The notes below the pieces were generated by a model. It had not been told where the DNA came from, did not search any database, and was given only the letters and a program-made list of their open reading frames with translations. 26,811 nt of DNA from an uncultured Deinococcales bacterium (GTDB lineage Bacteria; Deinococcota; Deinococci; Deinococcales; JAAFIG01), in contig CAXTTL010000039.1 in assembly GCA_964247135.1 (NCBI GenBank), forward strand, positions 1 through 26,811, given 5' to 3'. Position 1 is the first letter of the stretch, and every line of letters starts with the position of its first letter. Made by a program: the position numbers and the translations under genes. Of the stretch, positions 17,187-26,645 are shown piece after piece.

Positions 17187-18416
17187 ATGTTGCTCGAGAT
17201 GCAATTTCTGAAACTTTTCTGCATTCTGGTCCTTTTGCTGACGTATGCCCTCTTGCGCCCTGGGGTGCTGCCGTGGCTGATCTTGATTGCCTTGATCGTG
17301 CTGGGACTCAACCTTGTCTATCGTACCGCCCCAAGAATCACAATCAAACGCGAACTCGAAAACAGTCGCACCTTTCAGGGCGCGAGCGTCAAGGTCAGCC
17401 TCAAACTCGAGGTGTATGCCCCCTTGCCCGTTTTGATGACCGTTTGTGAAATTGTGCCGCGCACATTGATTCCCGATCAACCCGCCGCGATGACGGGTTT
17501 GTTCTGGGGCGTCAGCCATCACGAATTAAGCTACAGCATCACCCCCAATGCTCGAGGTGGCTTTATTTGGAATGGCTTGGAACAAAACTGGTCAGACCCG
17601 CTGGGTTTGTTCATCAAGGACGCCAGAATTCCCAATTCAACAACCGAATTTGAACTGCTGGTCTATCCAGGCTCGCACGCCCTCGAGCTGCCCGACCTGG
17701 CAAGACCCCTGTTAAGCGACGGACCGCCATCGCGCACTTGGGGACTGGAAGACGAAAGCACCTTCGCTGGGGTGCGCGAGTACGCCCCGGGCGACCCGCA
17801 ACGCCGCGTCCACTGGAAACAAACCGCCAGGCACGGCATGACCGACGGGCGATTCAACCAACTTGTTGTGCGCGAACTCGAGCGGGTCGCCGCCACGGGG
17901 GTTCACATACATTTGGACTTGGATGCCACCGGACGCAACGGCGCCATGTTTCTCGAGGGTGCCACCCGACTGGCGAGCAGCATTTTGCGTGAAGCCTTTG
18001 GGGCGGGCTTGCGGGTTAGCGTCTCGAGCTTGACTGGACGCACCGAGGCTGGCGGCAGTTTCGCCGCACTCGAACGCGCCCTGGCGTACCTGGCGCTGGT
18101 GCAACTCGAGCCGAACGGTTCGCAAGTCGTGCCAGAATCCAGTCCAGGCGCAAACCTGGTCATCATTACCATGAACGCCCCAACCACACTGATCGAAGGT
18201 GCAATTCGCGCCCGCGCTCGAGCCGCCAGGGTCTTGGTACTGGCGCTTTCTGAAGGTTATTACCTCGAGCCTGGGGAAAGCCCGCGCCCACTGTTTTATT
18301 CTATGCCCGCTGCCTTAAAAGATTTGGAAGCAAGAGCGGGAGTGCTCGAGGCGGCAGGGGTCAAGGTTTTTGTGTTGCGGGGCGATGAGAGCGTGTTGAA
18401 GTTGGCGTTGCGTTAA
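17187..18416 (+). CDS. DUF58 family membrane protein
   Basis: N-terminal TM helices; RGGF...DPLGLF, LLVYP and FAGVREYAPGDPQRRVHWKQTAR. Start may be ATG 17199. Confidence 0.88.
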   Translation: MLLEMQFLKLFCILVLLLTYALLRPGVLPWLILIALIVLGLNLVYRTAPRITIKRELENSRTFQGASVKVSLKLEVYAPLPVLMTVCEIVPRTLIPDQPAAMTGLFWGVSHHELSYSITPNARGGFIWNGLEQNWSDPLGLFIKDARIPNSTTEFELLVYPGSHALELPDLARPLLSDGPPSRTWGLEDESTFAGVREYAPGDPQRRVHWKQTARHGMTDGRFNQLVVRELERVAATGVHIHLDLDATGRNGAMFLEGATRLASSILREAFGAGLRVSVSSLTGRTEAGGSFAALERALAYLALVQLEPNGSQVVPESSPGANLVIITMNAPTTLIEGAIRARARAARVLVLALSEGYYLEPGESPRPLFYSMPAALKDLEARAGVLEAAGVKVFVLRGDESVLKLALR

Positions 18417-18456
18417 TTCCTGGGTTGTTTGCGGTTTCTCCAGTTTTACTGTTCGC

Positions 18457-18744
18457 ATGACCATGCTCAATGTCTCGGACAAGGTTTTGGCGGCAATAGA
18501 CCGCGTTCGTGTCACACGTGGTATCAGAACCCGTCTCAAAGCGCTCGAGGTTATTTTGGAAAAAGCTGCACCAGAACATCCACTCGAAACCAAAATGCGT
18601 CTTGCAAAAACCGTGAAACCCACAAAACTCGAGCATCAAAGGGCAGATGTGTATTTCGCGGAAAAGAACTCTGGATTTTCTCAAACGTTTTCAGCGACTG
18701 AAGCTTTGAAATGCGCTTCAGAACTGCGAAAATTGTGTGATTAA
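18457..18744 (+). CDS. Small hypothetical protein, possibly antitoxin-like DNA-binding
   Basis: 95-aa ORF filling the gap between two + strand genes; N-terminal strand-helix-helix-like pattern (LNVSDKVLAAIDRVRVTRGIRTRLKALEVIL). Confidence 0.55.
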   Translation: MTMLNVSDKVLAAIDRVRVTRGIRTRLKALEVILEKAAPEHPLETKMRLAKTVKPTKLEHQRADVYFAEKNSGFSQTFSATEALKCASELRKLCD

Positions 18745-18788
18745 GATCGAAGTTATTGTAGACAGCCTCAACCCGTTAAACTACCGCC

Positions 18789-19391
18789 ATGTCCCTCGAG
18801 CGAGAATTAAAACTAACCGGCGACCATCCTGATCTTTCAAACCTGACTAGCATCGCGGGTCATGAATTAAAGTTTTCGCATCTCGAGCGGCAACAAAACA
18901 CGTATTTTGACACCAAGGACGCGAAACTTCGGGCGCTTTCGTGGACGTTGCGCTTACGGAAACTTGAGGGTGATGGGGCGGTGTTTACGCTGAAGGGTGC
19001 GAGCCAAACCAGCGATGGTTTTGCGACGCGGGAGGAACTTGAGGAGCGTGTCGCAGGTGCGACCTCAATCCAGGATTTGCACGATCCTGAAATGTTGGCG
19101 CGAATCTCGAGCGTGACCAAACTCGAGAGGCTGATGCCGTTGTTGACGCTCGAGACGGTTCGCCAAGTTTTTGATCTTGAGGGTGTGGGAGAGTTGGCGC
19201 TCGATGCGGTGAAGGTTTTGCGGTCCGATGGCAGCGTCGCTGAAGAATTTAGCGAACTCGAGTTGGAACTTCTCGAGGATGTGACTGAACAAAGCATTGC
19301 TCCTGTGGTGATGGCTTTGAAACGTATGGCAAACCTCGAGCCGAGCAGCATGGGGAAATTCTCGAGGGCGCTGGTGGCGTTGGGTTTCTAG
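18789..19391 (+). CDS. CYTH domain (triphosphate tunnel metalloenzyme) protein
   Basis: ERELKL, NTYFDT.D..L, LRLR, TLKG, REELE, ELELEL and C-terminal KFSRA; ATG 6 nt after TAAACT. Confidence 0.9.
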   Translation: MSLERELKLTGDHPDLSNLTSIAGHELKFSHLERQQNTYFDTKDAKLRALSWTLRLRKLEGDGAVFTLKGASQTSDGFATREELEERVAGATSIQDLHDPEMLARISSVTKLERLMPLLTLETVRQVFDLEGVGELALDAVKVLRSDGSVAEEFSELELELLEDVTEQSIAPVVMALKRMANLEPSSMGKFSRALVALGF

Positions 19392-19477
19392 CGCTTGCCA
19401 ACTGCACACAATCTCGAGTTTTGGCTTTGTTCGCTTGTGTTTTTGCGTCTTCGTCACTGTTTTATTATGTAAATTGA

Positions 19478-19610
19478 ATTGTATACAGCGTATGAAATCT
19501 CAGGTTTTGAATTCTTGTTTATATTTTCACAAGCTTAAAAAGTGCGTGTGGTTCGGGATTCAATTGGTTTACAAGTCTTGTTATGATTGACTTGGTATAC
19601 CAAAAGTGTG
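19478..19610 (+). promoter_or_regulatory. gltB promoter region with extended -10 and GntR/FadR-like operator palindromes
   Basis: TGtTATGAT at 19579-19587; perfect palindrome TTGGTATACCAA 19592-19603; related TGTATACA 19480-19487 and ttggtttacaa 19564-19574. Confidence 0.55.
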
Positions 19611-19714
19611 TATGGTTTTGCATCAAGGCATCGTCTCAGGAGCATTCCGCTCGAGGCGATTTTTTCACAAATTGTTCCAGCCTCGAAACAATCGTGCTTC
19701 ACGGAGGGATGAAT

Positions 19715-22700
19715 ATGTCGCAACTCGAACGCAAGCGCCCCAAGAATGAAACCCTTTATCGACAAGCCGAACGTGCGCGGTTGCAACTGACCATCCCGAA
19801 TGCCCTGAACGAACCGATTGGACACGATGCCTGCGGCGTGATTGGCACAATCCGCAAAACGGGTGTTCCAACCCACGGCAACGTCAAACGGGCGCTCGAG
19901 GCACTGACCCAAATGGCGCACCGCAGCGGCGAGGTTCGTGGCGAGGGCGACGGCTGCGGCATCATGACCGACATTCCGCGAAAGCTCTGGAAAGCCTGGT
20001 TTCTCGAGGCTGGTTTGGATGTTGCCAGTGTCGATGACGCTGGGTTTTTTGTCGCGCATTACTTTATTCCGGTTTCGATCAGTCCGCGCGACGTGCTCGA
20101 TCACGTTCGCGCCCAAGGTGGCAAGTTTGGCGTGCGGGTCATGCTCGAGCGCCGTGGGCAGACGCACGGCAGCGTGCTCGGTCCTGTGGCGGCACTGACC
20201 GAACCCGTGTTTTATCAGGTGGCGGGTGTTGTGATCGGCTCGAGTGACGCCGAACGTGCCGCAAATCTGTTCAAGCTCGCGCTCGAACTTGAGAAAGCCA
20301 CACCGGTTCACGTGGTTTCGCAAAGCACGCACACCGTGGTGTACAAGGTGCGCGGCGCGGCAGACATTTTAGACCGGTATTACCCAGAGTTGCGTCGCCC
20401 CGACTTCGAGAGCGTGGCAACCATCGGGCACAACCGTTACAGCACCAACACCATGAGCACCTTCGAGCAGGTGCAGCCCTTCAGTTTGCTGGGTCACAAC
20501 GGCGAGATCAACACGATTGAACGCCTGCGCCGCGAGTGCGAGAGTTTGAACGTGCCGCTGACTGCAGGTTCGGATTCTCAAGACCTCAACCGCGTGCTCG
20601 AGGGTTTGATGCACGTTCACGGTCTGTCGTTGCTCGAGGCGCTCGAGATGTGCTGCCCGCCGGTGGTGGGGGAGATCAAGACCTTCTCGCCGGCGCTTCA
20701 GGATACCTATGTTGGTTTGCGTCAGGCGCTCGGACCACTGGCTCAAGGACCCGCCGCGCTGGTGTTACGTCACGGTGCTGAATGTGCGTTCAGCGTCGAT
20801 GCACTTGGCTTGCGCCCGTTGTGGTTTGGCGAAACCGAAAAAGAATTCTTTTGGTCGTCTGAACGCGGCGTGCTGCCTTTGGGCGCGTTCGTCAACGACC
20901 CGCGCCCACTTGCCCCAGGTGAAAAAATGGCGGTCACATTGCGTGCGGGCAACATCCAGCCGATGCCCCACCACGAGGCGCAACGCATTTTGCTCGAGCG
21001 GATTCACAACCGTCAAGCCGTGAGTTTGGGCGCTCGAGTTCATTTGGCGGGTCCGGTCATGGATGCAAAAAAACCTGTTCCAGCCGAATTTGACCGTCCA
21101 GAGCACACCAGTGGCGCGTTGACGGCGATGGGTTGGGAAAAATGGGACGAAGAGTACGTGCGGGCGCTCTCGGAGCGTGGCGTTGAGCCAATCTCGAGCC
21201 TCGGTTATGACGGTCCGATTGCGGCATTGCGTGACCCAAAGCCCAACCTTGCCGAGTTCATGAAAGAGACCGTCGCAGTCGTGACCAACCCTGCGGTGGA
21301 CCGTGAACGCGAGATCGAGCAATTTTCGACCCGTACCATCATGGGTCGCCGCGCCCTGCCGAACGGCAAACTGGGTGGTACGGTCATCGAATTGATCGCG
21401 CCAGTCATGCCGACCACCGCCGCCGTGGCATCCAAAGCGGGCACGTTGACGGTCGCGCAACTCGAGTCGCAACTGAGCAGCAAGCGCGTGGCAATGGAGC
21501 GCCTGGTCAACAACAATTTTGGCGAACCCCTCGAGAAAAGCCTTGACCGACTGCGCGAACGGGTGCTCGAGGCGGCAAAATCTGGCGCGGAATTGATCGT
21601 GCTCGAGGATTTGGGAATCTTGAAGGCGGGCAACATGCCGATTGACCCCGTGCTTGCCATCGCCGAAGCCAATAAAGCACTCGAGGCAATCTCACCGGAG
21701 GGCGTGACGTACCGCCGTCTGACCAGTTTGGTCGTCTCGAGCGGCGCAATTCGGAATTTGCATGATGTCATGATTTTGCTTGGCTTGGGTGCGGAGGCGG
21801 TCGAACCGTGGATGATGTTTGATATTTTCGCCCCTTCTGTCGAGGCTGGCGACAAATTGCTTTCGGGCTTGGTCAAAGGCATCGAAAAGGTCATGAGCAC
21901 GATGGGCATTCACGAGGTTCGCGGTTACGGGCGGGTGTTCGCCGCGATTGGTCTGAGACCAGACTTGGCAGACCGCCTGGGCGTGAAAAGTTTTCTGGCA
22001 TCCGAAAATGCTGGCTACGGACTTGCGGACCTCGAGCAGACCATGTCTGAACGCCGTCACCAATGGCAACTCGGCGCCGCCAGCCTGGCTCGAGATGCGC
22101 GACTCAACACCAGAATTTACAAACACGTTCTGGCTGCCAGCACGGGCGAAATCACCCACAGCGATTACACAGGACGGGTTCGCAGCCTCGAGCTTGATTT
22201 TCCGGTCGCAGCCCGCAATTTGCTCGAGGTCAAGGGCTTGGAGGGTCCGAGCACCGAAGACGAGATTCGCATGGCGGAAGAGATTGATATTTCGGCTGGC
22301 AAACACGCGCTGCCATTTGTGATTAGCGCCATGAGCTTCGGCTCGCAGGGCGAAACCGCCTTCCGTGCCTACCCCGAAGCCGCCAAACGCCTCGATATGG
22401 TTTCGATGAACGGCGAGGGTGGCGAGATTGCCGACATGATCGGCAAGTACGTGCGTTGGCGCGGACAACAGGTTGCCAGCGGGCGTTTTGGCGTCTCGAG
22501 CGAGATGCTGAACAGTGCCGGATTTATTGAGATCAAAATCGGTCAAGGCGCAAAACCTGGCGAGGGTGGGCATCTTCCTGGCAGCAAGGTCACGGTCAAG
22601 GTGGCTCATGCGCGTCACGCGACGCCTGGCGTGGATTTGATCTCGCCGAGCAACAACCACGACCTGTACAGCATCGAAGACTTGGCGCAATTAATTGAGG

Positions 22701-24274
22701 AACTGAAAACCATCAACCCTTACGCCAAGGTCTGCGTCAAAGTGCCAGTCGTTCCAGAAATCGGCACGATTGCCGTCGGTATCGCCAAGGCGGGCGCGAA
22801 CGTCATCACGCTCTCGGGTTTTGAGGGCGGTACGGGCGCAGCTCGAGCACATGCCTTAAAGTACGCGGGTTTCCCTGCCGAGTTGGGTTTGCGCCGTGCG
22901 CACCGTGCGCTGGTGATGGCTGGCATTCGGGACAACGTTGAACTCTGGGTGGACGGCGGCATGAAAACTGGCTTGGACGTGATCAAAATGGTCTGTCTCG
23001 GCGCGAACCGTGTGGGTTTTGGCACGGTCGCCATGAGCGCCATCGGTTGTACGATCTGTCGCGGTTGCCAACTCGACACCTGCCACGTTGGCATTGCCAC
23101 CCAGGTCGAAACCCAGGAGGAAGCCGATCACAAGGGCATGAAACGCTGGGTTCCAAGGGAACTGGATACCGCCACCGAAAACCTGGTGCGTTTTTTCAGC
23201 GGCATGGCAGCCGAGGTTCGCGCCATGATCGCCACGCTGGGTTACGAGCGCCTGCAAGACATGGTCGGGCATGTGGAACACCTGGGGCAGTTCATCCACA
23301 AAGACAAACTCGATCTGGCGTACCTGCTCGAGGCGGTCGAACCGCTGGCGCTGCCGACCCAAGCCTCGAGGGTGATTCGCAAACCACTGAACAGCCTGAC
23401 CCGAATGCTCTCGAGCTGGATCACCGAGGCGGCAGTCGGCGGTGACGAAAACCTGATGTACCAAGATGGACCCGTCGCCAGCGCCGACCGTGCGCTGGGC
23501 ACGCACCTCTCGGGTGAACTCAGCCGCCGCAAAAACGACCCGAAAATGAAACTCGGGCACGCCAAACTGTACTTTGATTCCGGCAGCATTCCAGGCAATG
23601 GACTGGGTGCATTCAACGCCCAAAACCTCGAGATTCTGGTGGACGGCGGTGCCCAAGATGGTGTCGGTAAGGGCAGCATCGACGGCAAGATTGTGATTTT
23701 AAAAGGCTTGAACGATCAGGGCACTCGGGTCGATGGCAGCGTCGGCAAGAGCTTTGGTTACGGCGCGATTGGCGGCACGTTTATTGTTCAAGGCGATGCC
23801 GACTCGAGGTTCTGCATCAGGCTTTCGGGCGCGGACGTGGTGCTCGGCGGCGAGGTCAAAAAACCGCTCGAGGACAGTCTGGGAATGCTGGCATCTCGAG
23901 CCAACGCCAAAGGTTTTGCCTTTGAATACATGACCAACGGGCGCGTGGTGGTGCTGGGCGATGCGGGTCCCTGGATTTGCTCGGGCATGACAGGCGGCGT
24001 GGTGTATTTGCGTTACAACCCCGCACTGGGCTTGGATGACACCGCGCTCGAGCGTCGTCTCGCCAAAGGGGCGCTGGTGAAAATTCATAAACTCGGGCAA
24101 AAAGGCGTGGCGGATGTCCGCGAATTGCTGGGTGAATACCACAAAGCGCTGGTTGCCAGCGAGCAGATTGAAGCCGCACGACGCGTTGCCGAATTGCTGG
24201 TAGACCCAAGCAACCATTTCAGGATGGTTATACCCGCCAATCAACAGGTGGACGCCAGCGTTTCGACAGAGTAA
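19715..24274 (+). CDS. gltB: Glutamate synthase large subunit
   Basis: HDACGV (GATase Cys), HNRYSTNT, HNGEINT, AMSFGS, QVASGRFGV, EIKIGQGAKPGEGGHLPG, an Fe-S Cys cluster and GXGXG C-terminal repeats; RBS GGAGG 19703-19707 before ATG 19715. Confidence 0.96.
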   Translation: MSQLERKRPKNETLYRQAERARLQLTIPNALNEPIGHDACGVIGTIRKTGVPTHGNVKRALEALTQMAHRSGEVRGEGDGCGIMTDIPRKLWKAWFLEAGLDVASVDDAGFFVAHYFIPVSISPRDVLDHVRAQGGKFGVRVMLERRGQTHGSVLGPVAALTEPVFYQVAGVVIGSSDAERAANLFKLALELEKATPVHVVSQSTHTVVYKVRGAADILDRYYPELRRPDFESVATIGHNRYSTNTMSTFEQVQPFSLLGHNGEINTIERLRRECESLNVPLTAGSDSQDLNRVLEGLMHVHGLSLLEALEMCCPPVVGEIKTFSPALQDTYVGLRQALGPLAQGPAALVLRHGAECAFSVDALGLRPLWFGETEKEFFWSSERGVLPLGAFVNDPRPLAPGEKMAVTLRAGNIQPMPHHEAQRILLERIHNRQAVSLGARVHLAGPVMDAKKPVPAEFDRPEHTSGALTAMGWEKWDEEYVRALSERGVEPISSLGYDGPIAALRDPKPNLAEFMKETVAVVTNPAVDREREIEQFSTRTIMGRRALPNGKLGGTVIELIAPVMPTTAAVASKAGTLTVAQLESQLSSKRVAMERLVNNNFGEPLEKSLDRLRERVLEAAKSGAELIVLEDLGILKAGNMPIDPVLAIAEANKALEAISPEGVTYRRLTSLVVSSGAIRNLHDVMILLGLGAEAVEPWMMFDIFAPSVEAGDKLLSGLVKGIEKVMSTMGIHEVRGYGRVFAAIGLRPDLADRLGVKSFLASENAGYGLADLEQTMSERRHQWQLGAASLARDARLNTRIYKHVLAASTGEITHSDYTGRVRSLELDFPVAARNLLEVKGLEGPSTEDEIRMAEEIDISAGKHALPFVISAMSFGSQGETAFRAYPEAAKRLDMVSMNGEGGEIADMIGKYVRWRGQQVASGRFGVSSEMLNSAGFIEIKIGQGAKPGEGGHLPGSKVTVKVAHARHATPGVDLISPSNNHDLYSIEDLAQLIEELKTINPYAKVCVKVPVVPEIGTIAVGIAKAGANVITLSGFEGGTGAARAHALKYAGFPAELGLRRAHRALVMAGIRDNVELWVDGGMKTGLDVIKMVCLGANRVGFGTVAMSAIGCTICRGCQLDTCHVGIATQVETQEEADHKGMKRWVPRELDTATENLVRFFSGMAAEVRAMIATLGYERLQDMVGHVEHLGQFIHKDKLDLAYLLEAVEPLALPTQASRVIRKPLNSLTRMLSSWITEAAVGGDENLMYQDGPVASADRALGTHLSGELSRRKNDPKMKLGHAKLYFDSGSIPGNGLGAFNAQNLEILVDGGAQDGVGKGSIDGKIVILKGLNDQGTRVDGSVGKSFGYGAIGGTFIVQGDADSRFCIRLSGADVVLGGEVKKPLEDSLGMLASRANAKGFAFEYMTNGRVVVLGDAGPWICSGMTGGVVYLRYNPALGLDDTALERRLAKGALVKIHKLGQKGVADVRELLGEYHKALVASEQIEAARRVAELLVDPSNHFRMVIPANQQVDASVSTE

Positions 24275-24288
24275 AACTCGAGCATCAA

Positions 24289-24336
24289 AATCCAACCTCG
24301 AGCGTGAAAGTTTTCGCTCGAGATTGGGTTGTTTTG
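24289..24336. terminator. Terminator after gltB with CTCGAG in both arms
   Basis: ccaacctcgagcg-tgaaagtttt-cgctcgagattgg followed by gttgtttt. Confidence 0.7.
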
Positions 24337-24523
24337 CCATCTGGGATTTGTCAAATTTCGAGCGACAAGCTCCTGACCCTCATCACTTGCGCCCGACCTT
24401 GCGTTAAAATGTGCCAATGAACCACAGCGACGCCCTCGGGTTTTCGCCGCAAGCCAGCACGATTCCGCCCGAACTGCCGATTGAAGCCTTGCCGTTCCTG
24501 GCGTAGGTAAATCACAAACTGCT

Positions 24524-25036
24524 TCATTTTGTTCCCAGGCTTTGACCCGTCGCGGGCGTCGCAAAGTCCAGCACCCAGTAATGCTCGATTCCCGCCGAAT
24601 CGCTGGGCACAAACACGTGACCCGCCGCAAATTGCGTGTACGCCGGATTCATGATGTTGCGGCAATGCACCGGACTCTCGAGCCACCACTTGACCGCGCT
24701 CCGAGCCGAACTGCCCAGGCGCTGACCGCCCAAAATGTTCTCGCCGACCCGAGACGCCAGATAGCCGGCATTGGCGACACGCTCCTTGACCCCGACCCCG
24801 TCCGGCGACTCGTGGGCAAAATAACCGCGCAACTGCATGTCCGCCGCATGGCTCCTGGCGGCGCGACGCAATTTAGGGTGCGGCACCAGCGGCGCGAGCG
24901 GCACGGCGCCGTAAGACTTTGACAGGCAATCAAAACCGTGCTGCCTGGCATAATTGATGCGTCCCATGACCTCGAGTTCGGCGGCTTGCCAGGGCGCGTT
25001 CAAGCCCAAAGCGGTCAGCATCAGCAGTGCCAGCAT
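24524..25036 (-). CDS. Secreted CAP/SCP domain protein
   Basis: Signal peptide; INYAR, AARSHAADM..RGYFAHESPDG, GENI, WLESPVHCRNIMNP and YWVLDF. Confidence 0.92.
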   Translation of the reverse strand: MLALLMLTALGLNAPWQAAELEVMGRINYARQHGFDCLSKSYGAVPLAPLVPHPKLRRAARSHAADMQLRGYFAHESPDGVGVKERVANAGYLASRVGENILGGQRLGSSARSAVKWWLESPVHCRNIMNPAYTQFAAGHVFVPSDSAGIEHYWVLDFATPATGQSLGTK

Positions 25037-25037
25037 G

Positions 25038-26222
25038 TCAGTTTTTCAACCTCGAGTCGTTTGGATTGACCGCGTAGACCGCACCCCAGGGTTGATAAAC
25101 GCTTTTCAGGGTTTCGGTCTTGACCTTGCCCGAAGCCGTCATGGCGATGCGCCTCGAAATCACCACGCTCATGCCCTGCTGGGCGACATCGATCAGGCGC
25201 GACGCGCCCAAACGAACTTTTGGATCGCCGCTGTAACTCGGTTGGGCGGCGGGTTTGAAATTCGTCACCACCGGACTCGAGACGCTCACTTTTCGCTCTG
25301 GCGTGCGCCCAAAGAGGTCAAACTCGAGCGTTTGAGCCTGCCCGTTCCACTGGGCTTGAATCAGCAGGGTGCCGCCGGAATCGTTTTTGAATTTCAAATT
25401 TTTCGTCGGGGCGTAGACGGTCGCCTCAAAGCCGACCGGATCGTAATAATGCACGCGGTGCGAGTGCTCATGGCGTTCGGTGATCGGCAATCCGCCGTTG
25501 AACGCCGCCCGAAACAGCGTGGCGCTGACCTGACAAAGACCGCCACCGTCCTCTTTCTCGAGCGTGCCGTTGTTGATCACAAAGCCCTCGACAAACCCCG
25601 TACCTTTATTGATGACCCCGACCGACGCGTTGAAGTCGAGTTCGGCATCAGATGCCAGGTAATCGTTGTCCAACTTTGACGCGCCGACAATGATGTTGCG
25701 CACCCGAAACGGTGGTGATCCCTTAAAACCCGAGCTGCCTCTGGCGAACAAGGTTGTGATGCCCGACTCGAACCAGTTTCGCACGTTGCGCTTGGGGGGC
25801 GTGACCTTCAAAACGACCTCGGCGCTGGAGCTTCCAGCCCGAATGGCTGCCAAAATCTGATTCCGGGTTGCTGGCTCGTTGACCGTCCAGGCGCTGCGTT
25901 GCCGCGCCACCCAATGCCCCCGCTCGAGGTTGAACCGTGCGTCCTTGCCTTCACGGCTCAGGCTTTTAAAAATATGTTTCAGCGCCGGTTCCAAACTCGA
26001 ACTGAGCTTGTCAAACTTCTGGCTGCGGGCGATCCCTCGAGCCTCCAGGACAAAAGTTTTTTTGATGATCTGCACGCCCAACTTGCCCTTTTGAATGAAC
26101 GGTTCTGAAACGCTCAGGCTCAACACGAACTGTGCCGCTGTCGGGGCTTTCGCCAGACTGAGACTCGAGACACTGAGGGCGCTGAAGCAAAGGCACAAAA
26201 GGCGTTTCATGAACTTTAGCAT
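25038..26222 (-). CDS. VanW family secreted protein
   Basis: FNASVG, GGGLCQVSATLFRAA...GLPITERHEHS, GFEATV and LKFKND; signal peptide from M at 26210; likely co-transcribed with the CAP gene (1-nt gap). Confidence 0.9.
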   Translation of the reverse strand: MLKFMKRLLCLCFSALSVSSLSLAKAPTAAQFVLSLSVSEPFIQKGKLGVQIIKKTFVLEARGIARSQKFDKLSSSLEPALKHIFKSLSREGKDARFNLERGHWVARQRSAWTVNEPATRNQILAAIRAGSSSAEVVLKVTPPKRNVRNWFESGITTLFARGSSGFKGSPPFRVRNIIVGASKLDNDYLASDAELDFNASVGVINKGTGFVEGFVINNGTLEKEDGGGLCQVSATLFRAAFNGGLPITERHEHSHRVHYYDPVGFEATVYAPTKNLKFKNDSGGTLLIQAQWNGQAQTLEFDLFGRTPERKVSVSSPVVTNFKPAAQPSYSGDPKVRLGASRLIDVAQQGMSVVISRRIAMTASGKVKTETLKSVYQPWGAVYAVNPNDSRLKN

Positions 26223-26574
26223 CCAGCTTGGGGTTGAACATCAGCCAATCGGAGGGTTGAAGCCTGGCTGAAGCTCAGCCCAGCTTGCGGTCAGCGGCTT
26301 TGAATCCTTGAAGGCGAAGGCGGAGACTTTGTACAGTCAACATTCCTGTGGACCACACGCTCGAGCGCAGCTTGAGCCATTGCCCGAATTGCTGGAAAAT
26401 GGACGCCGGCGTTTTGAAAACCTAAATCTCGAGAAAGCCCATAAATCCCGAGCGTGAATGGTGAGGCTCGAGCGTTGATGTCGCCCCTGGACGTTCGAGG
26501 GCATCATTTCGGGTTTGAAAATGAAGCCGACGTTTTGTCCGGCAATTTGCTTCACAACATTTTACTCAACTTGT

Positions 26575-26612
26575 CTCGAGCCTGACCTGCAAGTCAGGCT
26601 CGAGGTTTTTTG
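26575..26612 (+). terminator. Terminator-like hairpin with CTCGAG in both arms and no annotated upstream + strand gene
   Basis: ctcgagcctgac-ctgcaa-gtcaggctcgag followed by gtttttt. Confidence 0.65.
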
Positions 26613-26645
26613 ATGGTTTGATCGGTTTGGCGCTAGACTGTTTTT

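Noticed and set aside
19535-24340. Several 200-330 aa minus-strand ORFs within gltB
   Set aside because: Antisense shadows of gltB.
24351-24527. 58-aa minus-strand ORF overlapping the CAP stop codon (ATGA)
   Set aside because: The coupling is suggestive, but there is no recognisable motif; not supportable without homology data.
26337-26555. 72-aa minus-strand ORF, and the 63-aa ORF at 26618-26809
   Set aside because: No protein-like features; the second overlaps the better SARP-like frame starting at 26646.
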